From NCBI GenBank assembly GCA_041690395.1, contig JAWLHJ010000002.1, forward strand, positions 260,707 through 324,706: DNA of 64,000 nucleotides, in the 5' to 3' direction. The notes beneath the pieces were generated by a model, which saw only the letters and a list, made by a program, of their open reading frames with translations, had not been told where the DNA came from and ran no database searches. Source of the stretch: Longimicrobiales bacterium (GTDB lineage Bacteria > Gemmatimonadota > Gemmatimonadetes > Longimicrobiales > Gaopeijiaceae). Below, in pieces: positions 45,734 through 55,315 of the stretch. The number at the start of each line of letters is the position of its first letter. Within the stretch, counting starts at the first letter, position 1. The translations under genes were made by a program, and so were the position numbers.

Positions 45734-47470
45734 TCAGTAGGCCAGCGCGTACGCCTCCCGTCGCGGATCGGCCGCGGCGGTGAGCACGCCCGTCTCGGGA
45801 TCCCACACGATCATCTGGGCGCCGCCGAACGTGGCGGTCCAGCCGTCGACCAGATTCAGGTCGTGCCCGCGAGCCGTGAGCTCCTCGACGACGGCGAGCG
45901 GCACGCGGTTCTCGAGCGCTACGCGCACGCCCCCGAGCGACCGGAAGCGCGCGGCCTCGATCGCCTCCTGAGGCGTCATGCCGAAGACCAGCAGGTTGTG
46001 CGCGATCTGGAGAAGGGACTGGGGCTGGCTGTCTCCACCCGGCGTGCCGAGCGTGAACGCGAAGCCCCCGTCTGCGGAGAGCGCCATCATCGGGGACAGG
46101 GTATGGTACGGTCGCTTGCCCGGAGCCACCTGGTTGGGGTGCCCGTCCTGGAGGGTGTAGAGCGCCCCCCGGTTGTGCAGGAGGATGCCGGTCGTGGACT
46201 CCACGAGGCCGGAGCCGAAGCCCGCATAGTTGCTCTGGATCCAGCTGACCGCGTTCCCCCACTGGTCCACCGCCGTCAGGTAGACGGTGTCGCCGCCGTC
46301 ATCCGTCTCCTCCATTTCCGGAAGCGGATCGCCGAAGCCTGGTGCGACGTCCTCGGCGGCGCGTGACACGTCCACGAGCCCGGCCCGTTCCCTCAGGTAA
46401 CTCGCGTCGAGCAGCCGGTCGACCGGCACGTCCGCCACGTCCCAATCGGCGACCCAGCGATCGCGGTCGGCGAACGCCAGCTTCTTGAGCTCGATGAGCG
46501 CATGCAGGTAATCCGCCGAATTGTGCCCCATTTCGGCCACCGGGTGCTCCTTCGACATCTCCATGAGGGCGAGCTGTGCGACGCCCTGTGTGCTCGGCGG
46601 CATCACGAGGAAGGTGTGGCCGAGATACTCGGCGCTCAGCGGGTCGACCCAGGTCGAGGTATGCGCCGCGAAGTCGTCGTAGCGCAGGTGTCCGCCCTCG
46701 GCCTCCACGAAGTCGGCCAGTGCCCGGGCGATATCGCCTTCGTAGAAGCCCTCCTTCCCCTGCGTCGCGATCACTTCGAGCGAGTTGGCCAGCTCGGGGT
46801 TGCGAAGCAGCGAGCCCACCGGCGGCGCGTCCCCACCCGGCTGATAGAGCTCCCTGCCCCGCTCGTTCAGGTCGTCGCCCTGGGCCATGATGTCGAGCGC
46901 GAGGCGGGTGGAAACGGGGAAGCCGTCGCGCGCGAAGCGGATGGCCGGCTCGAGCAGCTCGGCGAACGGCTGGCTACCGAAGCGCTCGTGCGCATCGACC
47001 CACCCGGCCACCGCGCCCGGGACGCTCACCGACATCGCCCCGGTCTCGGGAACCTGGTCGAGTCCCTGGTCCCGGAAGAACGCCGGTGTCGCCAGCGCGC
47101 CGGACCGCCCGCTGGCGTTCAGAGCCGTCACCTCTCCGGTCTCGCCGTCGTAGAAGATCCCGAAGGCGTCGCCGCCCACGCCGTTCATGTGCGGACGCGT
47201 CACGGCCAGAATCCCGGCCATGGCGATGATCGCGTCGGTCGCCGTCCCGCCGTCCCTGAGCACCGCGAGCCCGGCTTGCGTGGCCAGGGGGTGGTCGGAG
47301 GAGACCGCGCCCAGCGTCCCCCGCACGTCCGGGCGGTTCTGGGGCGCGTAGCGGGTGGTGTCCCACTCCGGGGGCGCGTCCGCTTCGGCGCAGCCTGCGA
47401 CCAGGAGCACGGGAACCATCAACGACGCGGCGCCGAACTGGCGCGCGCGGGACCGGAGCTGACCTGACAT
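45734..47470 (-). CDS. ggt: Gamma-glutamyltransferase family lipoprotein
   Basis: GVGGDAF, SVPGAVAGW, autocleavage site GD-TVYL, GFGSG, PGKRPYHTLSP, GTPGG, AADPRR; lipobox VAGC. Confidence 0.92.
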   Translation of the reverse strand: MSGQLRSRARQFGAASLMVPVLLVAGCAEADAPPEWDTTRYAPQNRPDVRGTLGAVSSDHPLATQAGLAVLRDGGTATDAIIAMAGILAVTRPHMNGVGGDAFGIFYDGETGEVTALNASGRSGALATPAFFRDQGLDQVPETGAMSVSVPGAVAGWVDAHERFGSQPFAELLEPAIRFARDGFPVSTRLALDIMAQGDDLNERGRELYQPGGDAPPVGSLLRNPELANSLEVIATQGKEGFYEGDIARALADFVEAEGGHLRYDDFAAHTSTWVDPLSAEYLGHTFLVMPPSTQGVAQLALMEMSKEHPVAEMGHNSADYLHALIELKKLAFADRDRWVADWDVADVPVDRLLDASYLRERAGLVDVSRAAEDVAPGFGDPLPEMEETDDGGDTVYLTAVDQWGNAVSWIQSNYAGFGSGLVESTTGILLHNRGALYTLQDGHPNQVAPGKRPYHTLSPMMALSADGGFAFTLGTPGGDSQPQSLLQIAHNLLVFGMTPQEAIEAARFRSLGGVRVALENRVPLAVVEELTARGHDLNLVDGWTATFGGAQMIVWDPETGVLTAAADPRREAYALAY

Positions 47471-47664
47471 CGTCTCGTCCTCGGCTTGAAATAGAACCCT
47501 CTGAGGTTCAGCCATGTTGCCCCGGGTCGGGGGCTTCGGGCAAGGGACCGGCCCGGCTTCGGCATCGACATGTGACCGTTCCGCTCGAACGCGAGTGTTA
47601 AGGGTGACATCCCCCACGGACCGGTCGCGTGCACGCGACGCCCAACGAGCGGAGGCCCGAAAGC

Positions 47665-48060
47665 ATGCCCAGCCTGCAGACCTTCACGTTCCAGGTGAGA
47701 GACGAGCAGCACGCACTGCACGAGGTCACCTTCGTGCGCCACTCACCGGGACACCTCTCGGCTCGGTGCTCCTGTGACGCGGGCCGTACCGACCGTTGCT
47801 GCGCCCACTGTCTCCGCCTGCTCTCGGGCGATCGGACCCAACTCGTCAGCGACAACGACGTGGAGGTCGGCGTCGTCGAATGGTGGGTGGCATGCCTCGA
47901 CCTGAAGCACACAGTCACGCGGGCCCTGAAGGCGCAGGAGCCCGGAGCTTCGGCACCGGGGAGCCTGTCCCGGGTCCTCGAGCATTGGCCGAACCTGACG
48001 GCGCAGGACTTCGACGTCGATCTCCGTCAAGACCACAGGCGCGAGCTCGGCGCGGCCTGA
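47665..48060 (+). CDS. SWIM zinc-finger-like small protein
   Basis: CxC...CxH pattern (RCSCDAGRTDRCCAH); GGAGG RBS upstream. Confidence 0.65.
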   Translation: MPSLQTFTFQVRDEQHALHEVTFVRHSPGHLSARCSCDAGRTDRCCAHCLRLLSGDRTQLVSDNDVEVGVVEWWVACLDLKHTVTRALKAQEPGASAPGSLSRVLEHWPNLTAQDFDVDLRQDHRRELGAA

Positions 48061-48215
48061 ACTTCCGGTCGTGATCCCCGCCGGTGATCCCCGGCGGGTC
48101 CGAAGTCGGTAAGGCTCCATGGACGGGTCGCTCGACCCCTCCGACGAACGAGTCTCAACCATCCTACCGACGATGGCGGACCATGCCGCACCGGTCCGTC
48201 GGGGAGTCAAACCGC

Positions 48216-49877
48216 ATGTCCATCACGACCACCCTCCTGGCCGCGCTCGTGCTCCAGGTGGCCGCGCACCAGCACGCGCCCGAGCACGCCCCCGAGTCCA
48301 CGCCGCCGGTCGAGGACCGGGTGCCACTCTACGACAACCTCGGGAGCCACGCCTACCGGATCACCGCCGCGAACGACGAGGTCCAGGCCTACTTCGACCA
48401 GGGTCTCCGGCTCTACTACGCCTTCAACCACGCGGAAGCGGTCCGCTCCTTCCGCGAAGCGCAGCGACTCGATCCGTCGTGCGCGATGTGCTGGTGGGGC
48501 GAGGCCCTCGCGTTCGGACCCAACATCAACCTGCCGATGGATTCGACGGCGGGCGTCGCGGCCTTCGCCGCATCCCGGCGGGCGCTCGAAGAGCTGGATC
48601 GCGAGTCGGCCGTCGAGCGGGCGCTCGTCGAGGCCCTCGGTACACGCTACGTCGCGGTCCCCGGACCGGACCGGGCCGCGCTCGATTCGGCTTATGCCCG
48701 GGCGATGGCGGACGTCGCGCGGCGCTTCCCGTCCGACCCGGAGGCCGCCGTCCTCTCCGCCGAGGCCATCATGGACCTCAGTCCGTGGAGCTACTGGGAC
48801 GCCGACGGAAGCCCCCGCCCGGGCACGGAGCGGGCGCTCGCCGGCCTCGAAGGTGTGATGCGGTCGAACACGAGTCACCCTGGTGCGTGCCACTTCTACA
48901 TCCACGCCGTGGAGGCGGTCGACCCGGACCGCGCCCTTCCCTGCGCCGAGCGGCTGGCGGCCCTGATGCCCGGCGCCGGCCACCTCGTGCACATGCCTGG
49001 ACACATCTACATCCGGGTAGGGCGTTACGCCGACGCGATCGCCGCGAACGAGCACGCCGTGCACGCGGACGAGTCGTGGATCCAGGATCAGCGCCCCGGC
49101 ATGGGCGTCTACACCGCCGGCTACTACCCGCACAACTACGATTTCCTGGCGTTCGCCGCGTCGATGGCCGGCAGGCGCGACCAGGCGACGCGGGCAGCCG
49201 CCCGTGTCCGCGACCTGATCCCCGCCGAGATGTTCGGCGTGCCGGGCATGGCGTTCCTGGAGCACTGGTGGGCACGCCCCCTACAGATCCAGATCCGTTT
49301 CGGCCTGTGGGACGAAATCCTCGCGACCGATGCCCCGGCCGAAGGGCTCTCGCACGCTCGGGCGCTCTGGCACTACGCCCGCGGAAGGGCGTTCGTGGCG
49401 CGCGGCGAGATCACCGCGGCGGCCCGGGAGCTCGGACACCTGCGGAGCGCGGCGGCCGACCCTGCCCTCGAGGGAATGCGCATGGAGTTCAACGCCGCCA
49501 CCGACATCCTGGCCGTCGCCGAGCACGTGCTCGAAGGGCTCGTGGCGGAGGCCGGAGGCGATACGGCCAGGGCCATCGACCTCCTGCGGGAGGCGGCGGC
49601 GCTCGAGGACGCCATGACGTACGGCGAGCCGCCGGAGTGGAGCGTGCCCGTGCGGCACGACCTCGGAGCCGTCCTGCTGCGCGCGCGCCGCTCCGCCGAC
49701 GCCGAAGCCGTGTACCGGGAGGACCTGGCGCGCTTCCGCGAGAACGGGTGGGCGCTGAAGGGACTTGCCCAGGCGCTCCACGCCCAGGGCCGCCCGGAAG
49801 AGGCGCGCGAGGTGGAAGCACGCTTCCGGCGGGCGTGGGAGACGGCCGACGTGAAGCTGCCGACATCGAGCTTCTGA
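48216..49877 (+). CDS. Secreted TPR-like helical repeat protein with His-rich motifs
   Basis: QAYFDQGL...AFNH.EA.RSF..A...DP.CAMC.WG.A; HPGACHFYIH; GHLVHMPGHIY; RENGWAL.GL. Confidence 0.82.
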   Translation: MSITTTLLAALVLQVAAHQHAPEHAPESTPPVEDRVPLYDNLGSHAYRITAANDEVQAYFDQGLRLYYAFNHAEAVRSFREAQRLDPSCAMCWWGEALAFGPNINLPMDSTAGVAAFAASRRALEELDRESAVERALVEALGTRYVAVPGPDRAALDSAYARAMADVARRFPSDPEAAVLSAEAIMDLSPWSYWDADGSPRPGTERALAGLEGVMRSNTSHPGACHFYIHAVEAVDPDRALPCAERLAALMPGAGHLVHMPGHIYIRVGRYADAIAANEHAVHADESWIQDQRPGMGVYTAGYYPHNYDFLAFAASMAGRRDQATRAAARVRDLIPAEMFGVPGMAFLEHWWARPLQIQIRFGLWDEILATDAPAEGLSHARALWHYARGRAFVARGEITAAARELGHLRSAAADPALEGMRMEFNAATDILAVAEHVLEGLVAEAGGDTARAIDLLREAAALEDAMTYGEPPEWSVPVRHDLGAVLLRARRSADAEAVYREDLARFRENGWALKGLAQALHAQGRPEEAREVEARFRRAWETADVKLPTSSF

Positions 49878-49888
49878 CGCCACGCTTC

Positions 49889-49960
49889 CGAGGAAGCGCT
49901 CCCGAGCGCTTCCTCGTGGCATGAAAAGGGACCGGGGGCCGGGCGGCTCCCGGTCCCTTC
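49889..49960. terminator. Two adjacent hairpins between the TPR and amidase genes
   Basis: CGAGGAAGCGCT...AGCGCTTCCTCG and AAGGGACCGGG...CCCGGTCCCTT. Confidence 0.4.
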
Positions 49961-49991
49961 GCGCACTTGCCCCCCGGACGACCTCCGTGCC

Positions 49992-51725
49992 ATGGTGCCG
50001 CCCATGATCCGCTTCCCCATCGTCCGCTTCCTCTCGCTCGCGCCGGTCTGGCTCGGCGCATGCACCGCCGGTCCCGGCGATTCGTCGGGTGACGCCGACT
50101 TCACCGTGGTCGAGTCGACCATCCCCGACATCCAGGCGCGCATGGAGCGCGGCGAGCTCACGTCACGCGAGCTCGTGACGCGTTACCTCACGCGCATCGC
50201 CATATACGAGGACCGGCTGAACGCGGCGATCACCGTGAACCCGGAGGCGCTCGCCGAGGCCGACGCCCTCGACGCGGAGCGTGCCGCGGGCCGGGTGCGG
50301 GGGCCGCTGCATGGGATCCCGGTCGCGTTGAAGGACAACATCCACACGACGCACCTGCCGACCACGTTCGGCGCCCTCGCCTTCGAGGGCTTCGTGCCCT
50401 GGTACGAGGCCACGCTCGTCACCAACCTCCGTGAGGCGGGCGCGATCATCATCGCCAAGGCCACCCTCACGGAGTTCGCGAACTTCATGGCGGGCACGCC
50501 GAACCCCATGCCCGGCAACTACAACGCCCTCACAGGATTCGCTTTCAATCCCTACGACGCGCGGCGGGATCCGAGGGAGGGCTCGGACGGCCGTCCGGTC
50601 CTCGGCACGGGCGGATCGAGCTCGGGCGTGGGGACCGCGGCCAGCTTCTGGCAGGGGAACGTCGGCACCGATACCGGCGGGTCCATCATCAGCCCGTCGA
50701 ACGCCACCATGCTGGTCGGGATCAGGCCCACGCTGGGGCGGCTCAGCCGCTGGGGGATCGCGCCGGTGACGCTGGACCACGACATGGCCGGGCCGATGAC
50801 CCGCAACGTGGCCGACGCGGCGATCATGCTCGGGGCCATGGAGGGCGCGGAGCCCGACCCGAACGATCCGGCCACCGGCGTGTGTGAGCCCCCGCCTGGC
50901 CGTGACTACCGCCCGCACCTGCGGGCGGACGGGCTGGAAGGCGCGCGGATCGGGATTCCGAGGGCGTATTACTACGACCCGATCGAGCTCGACGGCCGTC
51001 CCGGCACGCTCGGTGGGCTGAGCGACGCCGAACGGGCGCTCATGGACGACGCGATCGAGGTGTTACGCGCCGCGGGCGCCACCGTCGTCGACCCGGCGGA
51101 CGTGCCGAGCCTGGCGGACCCGGACCCTGACGACAACTTCGCCGCCTGGGGCATCTGCGTGGGCGGCGAGGAGGCCAAGGGCTCGGACGACCACTGCACG
51201 GTCAACTTCAAGTACGGCATGAAGCGCGACTTCGATGCCTGGCTCGAGACGCTCGGTGACGCGGCTCCGGTCGGCACGCTGACGGAGCTCCGCTCGTGGA
51301 ACCTGGAGCACCGGGCGGCCGGATCGATGCGGTACGAGCAATCCCGTTTCGACATCTCCGACGAGATGGACGTGGCGGCGGACCGGGCCCGCAACGAAGC
51401 CGACATGCGGAAGGATCGGTTCCTGAGCCGTGAGCGCGGAATCGATGCGGTGCTGGACGCGCACGACCTGGACGCCATTCTGACACCCGGCAGCCGGGGG
51501 GCCGGCCTCGCGGCCCGGGCCGGAACGCCCATCGTGGTGGTGCCGTTCGGCTTCGTTCCGAACACGCCGGGCCGGGCCTTCCCCGATGGCTTCGAGGCAC
51601 GACCGGCCCCGTTCGGCGTGGGCTTCAACGGAGCCGCGTGCAGCGAGCCGCGGCTGATCGAGCTGGCCTATGCGTTCGAGCAGGCGTCCAACGGGCGGGT
51701 GCCGCCGCCCGGCTTCCAACGCTGA
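49992..51725 (+). CDS. Amidase signature family lipoprotein
   Basis: RGPLHGIPVALKDNI, GGSSSG, GTDTGGSIISP; lipobox LGAC; start may be ATG 50004. Confidence 0.9.
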   Translation: MVPPMIRFPIVRFLSLAPVWLGACTAGPGDSSGDADFTVVESTIPDIQARMERGELTSRELVTRYLTRIAIYEDRLNAAITVNPEALAEADALDAERAAGRVRGPLHGIPVALKDNIHTTHLPTTFGALAFEGFVPWYEATLVTNLREAGAIIIAKATLTEFANFMAGTPNPMPGNYNALTGFAFNPYDARRDPREGSDGRPVLGTGGSSSGVGTAASFWQGNVGTDTGGSIISPSNATMLVGIRPTLGRLSRWGIAPVTLDHDMAGPMTRNVADAAIMLGAMEGAEPDPNDPATGVCEPPPGRDYRPHLRADGLEGARIGIPRAYYYDPIELDGRPGTLGGLSDAERALMDDAIEVLRAAGATVVDPADVPSLADPDPDDNFAAWGICVGGEEAKGSDDHCTVNFKYGMKRDFDAWLETLGDAAPVGTLTELRSWNLEHRAAGSMRYEQSRFDISDEMDVAADRARNEADMRKDRFLSRERGIDAVLDAHDLDAILTPGSRGAGLAARAGTPIVVVPFGFVPNTPGRAFPDGFEARPAPFGVGFNGAACSEPRLIELAYAFEQASNGRVPPPGFQR

Positions 51726-51760
51726 CACGCGGGCGCCCGGGGTGGACCGAGGTCGTCTCA

Positions 51761-51797
51761 CTACGTCACGAACGCACGGTCTACGTAACCCTACGTA
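51761..51797 (+). promoter_or_regulatory. Phased CTACGT direct repeats, candidate operator
   Basis: CTACGT at 51761, 51781 and 51791 (20 and 10 bp apart), upstream of ORF 51861. Confidence 0.55.
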
Positions 51798-51860
51798 TGG
51801 AGGGGGTCGACCCTCGGATGGCAGACTGGGTGCACGATGAATCGCATCCCAGGGGGAACC

Positions 51861-52226
51861 ATGAACGACCATGTCGACAGCAAGACGGACTCGGGACACG
51901 GCGCGGGCCACGCCACGATCGTCATCGAGGGCTACATCGGTGAGATGAGCGACGAGCGGGTCGTGGTCTTCCCGTGCCTCGATCGACGTTACTCCGTCGA
52001 GATCCAGAGAAGGGACGTCCTCGATTTCGAAGCGGGCCGCGCGAACGGGGCGTGCCGTTTCGTGGTATCGAGGGCCGCATCCGTCCTGGAGCGCATCACG
52101 GTGGTGACGACCACTCGGCGCATCAGGAACGCCTGCGATATCTCGTGCGAGGAGGACACGACCATCGTGGACGGCGAAGACCTGGGAGACTGGACCCGAG
52201 GAGCGGACTGGTCCCGGCCGGATTGA
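51861..52226 (+). CDS. Hypothetical protein (121 aa)
   Basis: AGGGGG RBS-like sequence before ATG; protein-like composition; fills the gap before the convergent regulator. Confidence 0.7.
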   Translation: MNDHVDSKTDSGHGAGHATIVIEGYIGEMSDERVVVFPCLDRRYSVEIQRRDVLDFEAGRANGACRFVVSRAASVLERITVVTTTRRIRNACDISCEEDTTIVDGEDLGDWTRGADWSRPD

Positions 52227-52255
52227 GCGACCTGTGACGGCGGGGTGACGCCGGG

Positions 52256-55200
52256 TCAGGCGAGTCCCGCCTCCCGCACCAGGTCGACCAACTCCCCCCG
52301 CGAGCCGATACCAAGCTTCTCGTAGATGTTCGTGAGGTGGGTGCTGACCGTGCGCGTCGCGATCCCCAGCGCCTCCCCGACTTCCTGATTCGTCAGGCGC
52401 CGCGCCACGGAACGAGCGACCTCCGTCTCCCGATCGGTCAGGCCCGCCAACCCCGCCCCCGTTCCCTTGGCCGGCACGGGGTGTCCGGCTTCGGCGAACA
52501 TGTGGCGGGTCTTCTCCAACTCCGGCTCGGCGCCGAGCCGCACGCAGGTCTCGTGGACCCTCTTGAGTTCGGCCACCGCCCGGTCCTTCTCGCCGACATC
52601 CAGCAACCTACCGGCGAGCTGACGACGAATCCGCGCGGCGTAGGGAATCATCGGGATCGCCTCGAGCGACCGGGCGGCGCCGTGCATCAGCTCCACCGCC
52701 GTCTCCGGGTCACCCCGCTTCCAGCGTACGAGCGCGTCGCAGGCGTCGGCCCACGCCCGCCCGAGCGTGTGGTCCAATCGGTCCGCATGCAGCCTCAGGC
52801 GCGCGCCGACATCTCCGGCCTTGTCGATCTCCCCCGCCCACAGACACGCCTCGGCGAGCACGGGCAGAAGGCGGTGGACGGCCCAGAGCGTGTAGCCCGT
52901 GCCCTCCGCGATCGCGAGGCCTCGCTCGGCAGCCTCCATCGCGCCGGCGTAGTCTCCGGTCCCGATCCGGTAGTGCGCGGCGCCGACCAGCGCCGGAACG
53001 ACCTGATGCACGTCCACCGGCCCGTCATCCCGCCCGCTCTCCGACAACCGCATCGCCTCGTCGATGAGCTCGTGGGCCCGGTCCGTCGCCCCGCGCCCCA
53101 GATGGAACTGCGACGTCCAAACGAGAAGCCGTGGGAGCAGGGAGCGCTGGTGCAGGTCCCTGGCCAGCGCGATCGCCCGCTCGCCGAGCGCCACACCCGC
53201 GTCCCAGTCCCCCTGGCCATACGCGAGCTCGATCTCCATCTCGGCCGTCCAGAGCCGCAGGATGGGTGCCCGCGCACGGTCGGCGAGCTCGGTCAGCTCG
53301 TCGACGGCCTTGCGCATGTGGTCGGCCCCGCCACGCATCCCGGTCAGGACGCCGAGCCCCCAGCGGGCCCAGAACTCGGCCGACACGTCACCGGCCTCCC
53401 GAGCCAGCTCGATGGCGAGGTCGCCATGCTCACGCGCCTTCTCGGGTGGACCGACCCAGACGTACAGGAGCGCGAGCGACCGGTGGGCTCGGGCGAGGAG
53501 TCCGAGGTCCCCGACCGACTCGGCCAGCGGCAAGGCGGGCGCAACCATCTCCACCGCCTCGGCTCCCCGGCCCACCTCGTGCAGGCAGTGTCCCTTCGCG
53601 ATCCGCAGGCGTACGACCGCGGCTTCCGCCCCTTCCCGCTCCGCCAACGCGAGGCCTCGGTCGAGCGCGGCGTGCGCCTCCGCGTGACGACCGCACCAGA
53701 AGTGTGCCAGGCCGAGGCTCCGCAGAAGGTCCAGTCGAGCGGGATCGGACTCCGGGATGAGCCGTACCGCCTCGGACCAGAGCGCGACCGCGCCCTCGAA
53801 GTCCCCGAGATGTTGGCGTGCCCTGGCCAGCGTCGCCATGACGCGACCCCGCTCCAGCGGGTCGGCCGTCTCGTCGTCGTCGAAGGCTTCGAGGGCCGTC
53901 TCCAGGTACTCGACCGCCTCGCGGTCGGCCCTTCGCTCGAGCGCTTGCCGACCGGCCAGCAGGAGATATTCCGTCGCCTTCGCGCGCGCGGCTCCCGGCG
54001 AACGGGCGTAGTGGTACGCCAGCTCATCGGCCTGCCGGGCCGCCCGGGATCCGTGGAAGGCTTCGAGGGCTTCGGCGACCCGTTGGTGGAGCACCCGGGC
54101 ACGCTGAAGTCCGAGCTCCTCGTACAACGTCTGCCGTACGAGGGGGTGCTCGAACAGGTACACGACCACACCGTCCTCGTCGCGCTCGTCGAGCACATGG
54201 TGGTGCCTCAGCTCCTCCAGCGCCTCGAGCAGGGACGACTCCTCGAGCCCGGCGAGACGCGCGAGCACCGGGTGCCTCGCCCGAGCGCCCACGACCGACG
54301 CGAGCTCCGCCACGGCCTGGGCATCCTCGGAGAGCGAGCCGACACGCCCGAGCACCGCGTCCCGGATGGATCCGGGGAGCTCCAGATCGGCGGCGCCCCA
54401 TCCGGTCCAGGTCCCGGCCTCGTGGCGGAGGCGGCCCGTTGAGACCATCGACTTCAGGATCTCCTCGATGAAGAAGACGTTGCCTCGCGTCCATCCGTAG
54501 AGGAGCGCCGAGAACTCCCGGACCACCGACGGCGCCACGTCGAACGTGCGCCGCAGGAGTTCGGCGACCTCGTCTCGGGTCAGCGGAGCCATGCGGCGCA
54601 CCTCGCCCACGCCGAGCGACACCAGCGAGCGCTCTACCCGGACCAGCTCGGAGCCGGGCTCACGCTCCTGCTCGTTGTACGTGCACAGAATGAGCACCGG
54701 GTGGCCGGAGACCTGCCGAGCCAGGAAATGGAGGAGCTCCAGAGACGAACCGTCGGCCCACTGCAGGTCCTCCAGCACGAGCACGAGCGGATCGCGCGCC
54801 GCGTGTCTCTTCACGAACTGCGTGAAGTTCCACAAGAGGCGGGTCCGCAGCTCCTCGGGATCGCCGGACACATCGCGCGCCCGGCCCCCATTCCCGAGGG
54901 CAGGGAAGAGATGCGCGAGCTCCACCTCGCCGCCCCGACTCAGAACGGTGAGCCTGGCCGGATCCATGTCGCGCAGCAGGGGCGTGAAGGCGTCGGCGAA
55001 CAGCGCGTACGGGATGCCGGTCTCCACCGGGTACGCCCGCCCCCGGACGACCGTCCAGCCGGCCTCCTCCGCCGAGCCCGCGAACTCGGCCGCCAGCCTC
55101 GACTTGCCGACGCCGCCCTCTCCGGCCAGCACGACGGTCGAGGTCATGCGGCTGTCTTCTTCGAGGCGCTCCCGGAGGGCGTCGAGCTCGGCGCTCCGCC

Positions 55201-55309
55201 CGATCAAGGGCAGCGGGGTGGGGAGCGGCGGGCGCGGAGCTCGAGCCGATGGTGTTCGGCCGCCCGGCCGGGGGCGCTCGAGGTCCGACGTGTCCATCGA
55301 TTCAGGCAT
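52256..55309 (-). CDS. STAND/AAA ATPase-TPR-LuxR HTH transcriptional regulator (MalT/LAL-like)
   Basis: LIGRSAEL, GEGGVGKSRL, LVLEDLQWAD, TRGNVFF, FEHPLVR; C-terminal LTDRETEVA...TNQEVGEALGI..RTV..HL..IYEKLG. Confidence 0.93.
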   Translation of the reverse strand: MPESMDTSDLERPRPGGRTPSARAPRPPLPTPLPLIGRSAELDALRERLEEDSRMTSTVVLAGEGGVGKSRLAAEFAGSAEEAGWTVVRGRAYPVETGIPYALFADAFTPLLRDMDPARLTVLSRGGEVELAHLFPALGNGGRARDVSGDPEELRTRLLWNFTQFVKRHAARDPLVLVLEDLQWADGSSLELLHFLARQVSGHPVLILCTYNEQEREPGSELVRVERSLVSLGVGEVRRMAPLTRDEVAELLRRTFDVAPSVVREFSALLYGWTRGNVFFIEEILKSMVSTGRLRHEAGTWTGWGAADLELPGSIRDAVLGRVGSLSEDAQAVAELASVVGARARHPVLARLAGLEESSLLEALEELRHHHVLDERDEDGVVVYLFEHPLVRQTLYEELGLQRARVLHQRVAEALEAFHGSRAARQADELAYHYARSPGAARAKATEYLLLAGRQALERRADREAVEYLETALEAFDDDETADPLERGRVMATLARARQHLGDFEGAVALWSEAVRLIPESDPARLDLLRSLGLAHFWCGRHAEAHAALDRGLALAEREGAEAAVVRLRIAKGHCLHEVGRGAEAVEMVAPALPLAESVGDLGLLARAHRSLALLYVWVGPPEKAREHGDLAIELAREAGDVSAEFWARWGLGVLTGMRGGADHMRKAVDELTELADRARAPILRLWTAEMEIELAYGQGDWDAGVALGERAIALARDLHQRSLLPRLLVWTSQFHLGRGATDRAHELIDEAMRLSESGRDDGPVDVHQVVPALVGAAHYRIGTGDYAGAMEAAERGLAIAEGTGYTLWAVHRLLPVLAEACLWAGEIDKAGDVGARLRLHADRLDHTLGRAWADACDALVRWKRGDPETAVELMHGAARSLEAIPMIPYAARIRRQLAGRLLDVGEKDRAVAELKRVHETCVRLGAEPELEKTRHMFAEAGHPVPAKGTGAGLAGLTDRETEVARSVARRLTNQEVGEALGIATRTVSTHLTNIYEKLGIGSRGELVDLVREAGLA

Positions 55310-55315
55310 GGGCCC

